Assembly (NCBI GenBank): GCA_017499595.2
Contig: CM039007.1
Coordinates: 1,488,001-1,552,000, forward strand
DNA from: Psilocybe cubensis
Taxonomy: Eukaryota
Direction: 5' to 3'
Length of the DNA stretch: 64,000 nt
Part shown: positions 63,957 through 64,000 of the stretch, piece by piece
How the letters are laid out: each line of letters starts with the position of its first letter
How positions within the stretch are numbered: position 1 is the first letter of the stretch
The notes under the pieces: model-generated
Databases searched by the model: none
What the model saw: only the letters and a program-made list of their open reading frames with translations
What the model was told of the DNA's origin: nothing
Translations under genes and position numbers: made by a program

Positions 63957-64000
63957 CTTGATATGGATGGATCAGTGGAAGCGAATAGCGGCAGCTTGCC

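Overview
Intron-rich fungal nuclear DNA of mushroom-forming basidiomycete (Agaricales-like) type, with about 20 protein-coding genes, mostly split by 50-100 nt introns. In order: mitochondrial RNA polymerase RPO41 (5'-truncated); a head-to-head pair of ATP synthase subunit h (ATP14) and ATPase inhibitor (INH1/IF1); a microsatellite-laden F-box/LRR-like gene; a cytochrome P450; a DUF1996 protein; FES1; an RlpA/DPBB (loosenin-like) secreted protein; a family X DNA polymerase; a LaeA-like methyltransferase; QCR2; a small protein with three Tyr-containing repeats; two tandem GNAT acetyltransferases; a cellular, non-mobile rvt-type reverse transcriptase gene (924 aa, HDD active site, one intron); NEO1 flippase; a half-size ABCG transporter; a type-B carboxylesterase; an M20 peptidase; a very young Gag-only LTR retroelement (identical 259 bp LTRs, CGTGG target-site duplication); a GPR89/GPHR homologue; and the 3' part of a velvet-domain regulator. 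The most interesting items are the rvt locus, with clustered Gcn4/AP-1-like sites and the neighbouring GNAT and repeat-protein genes, and the Gag-only element inserted in the M20 promoter. Gene models were spliced by eye and no database searches were run.
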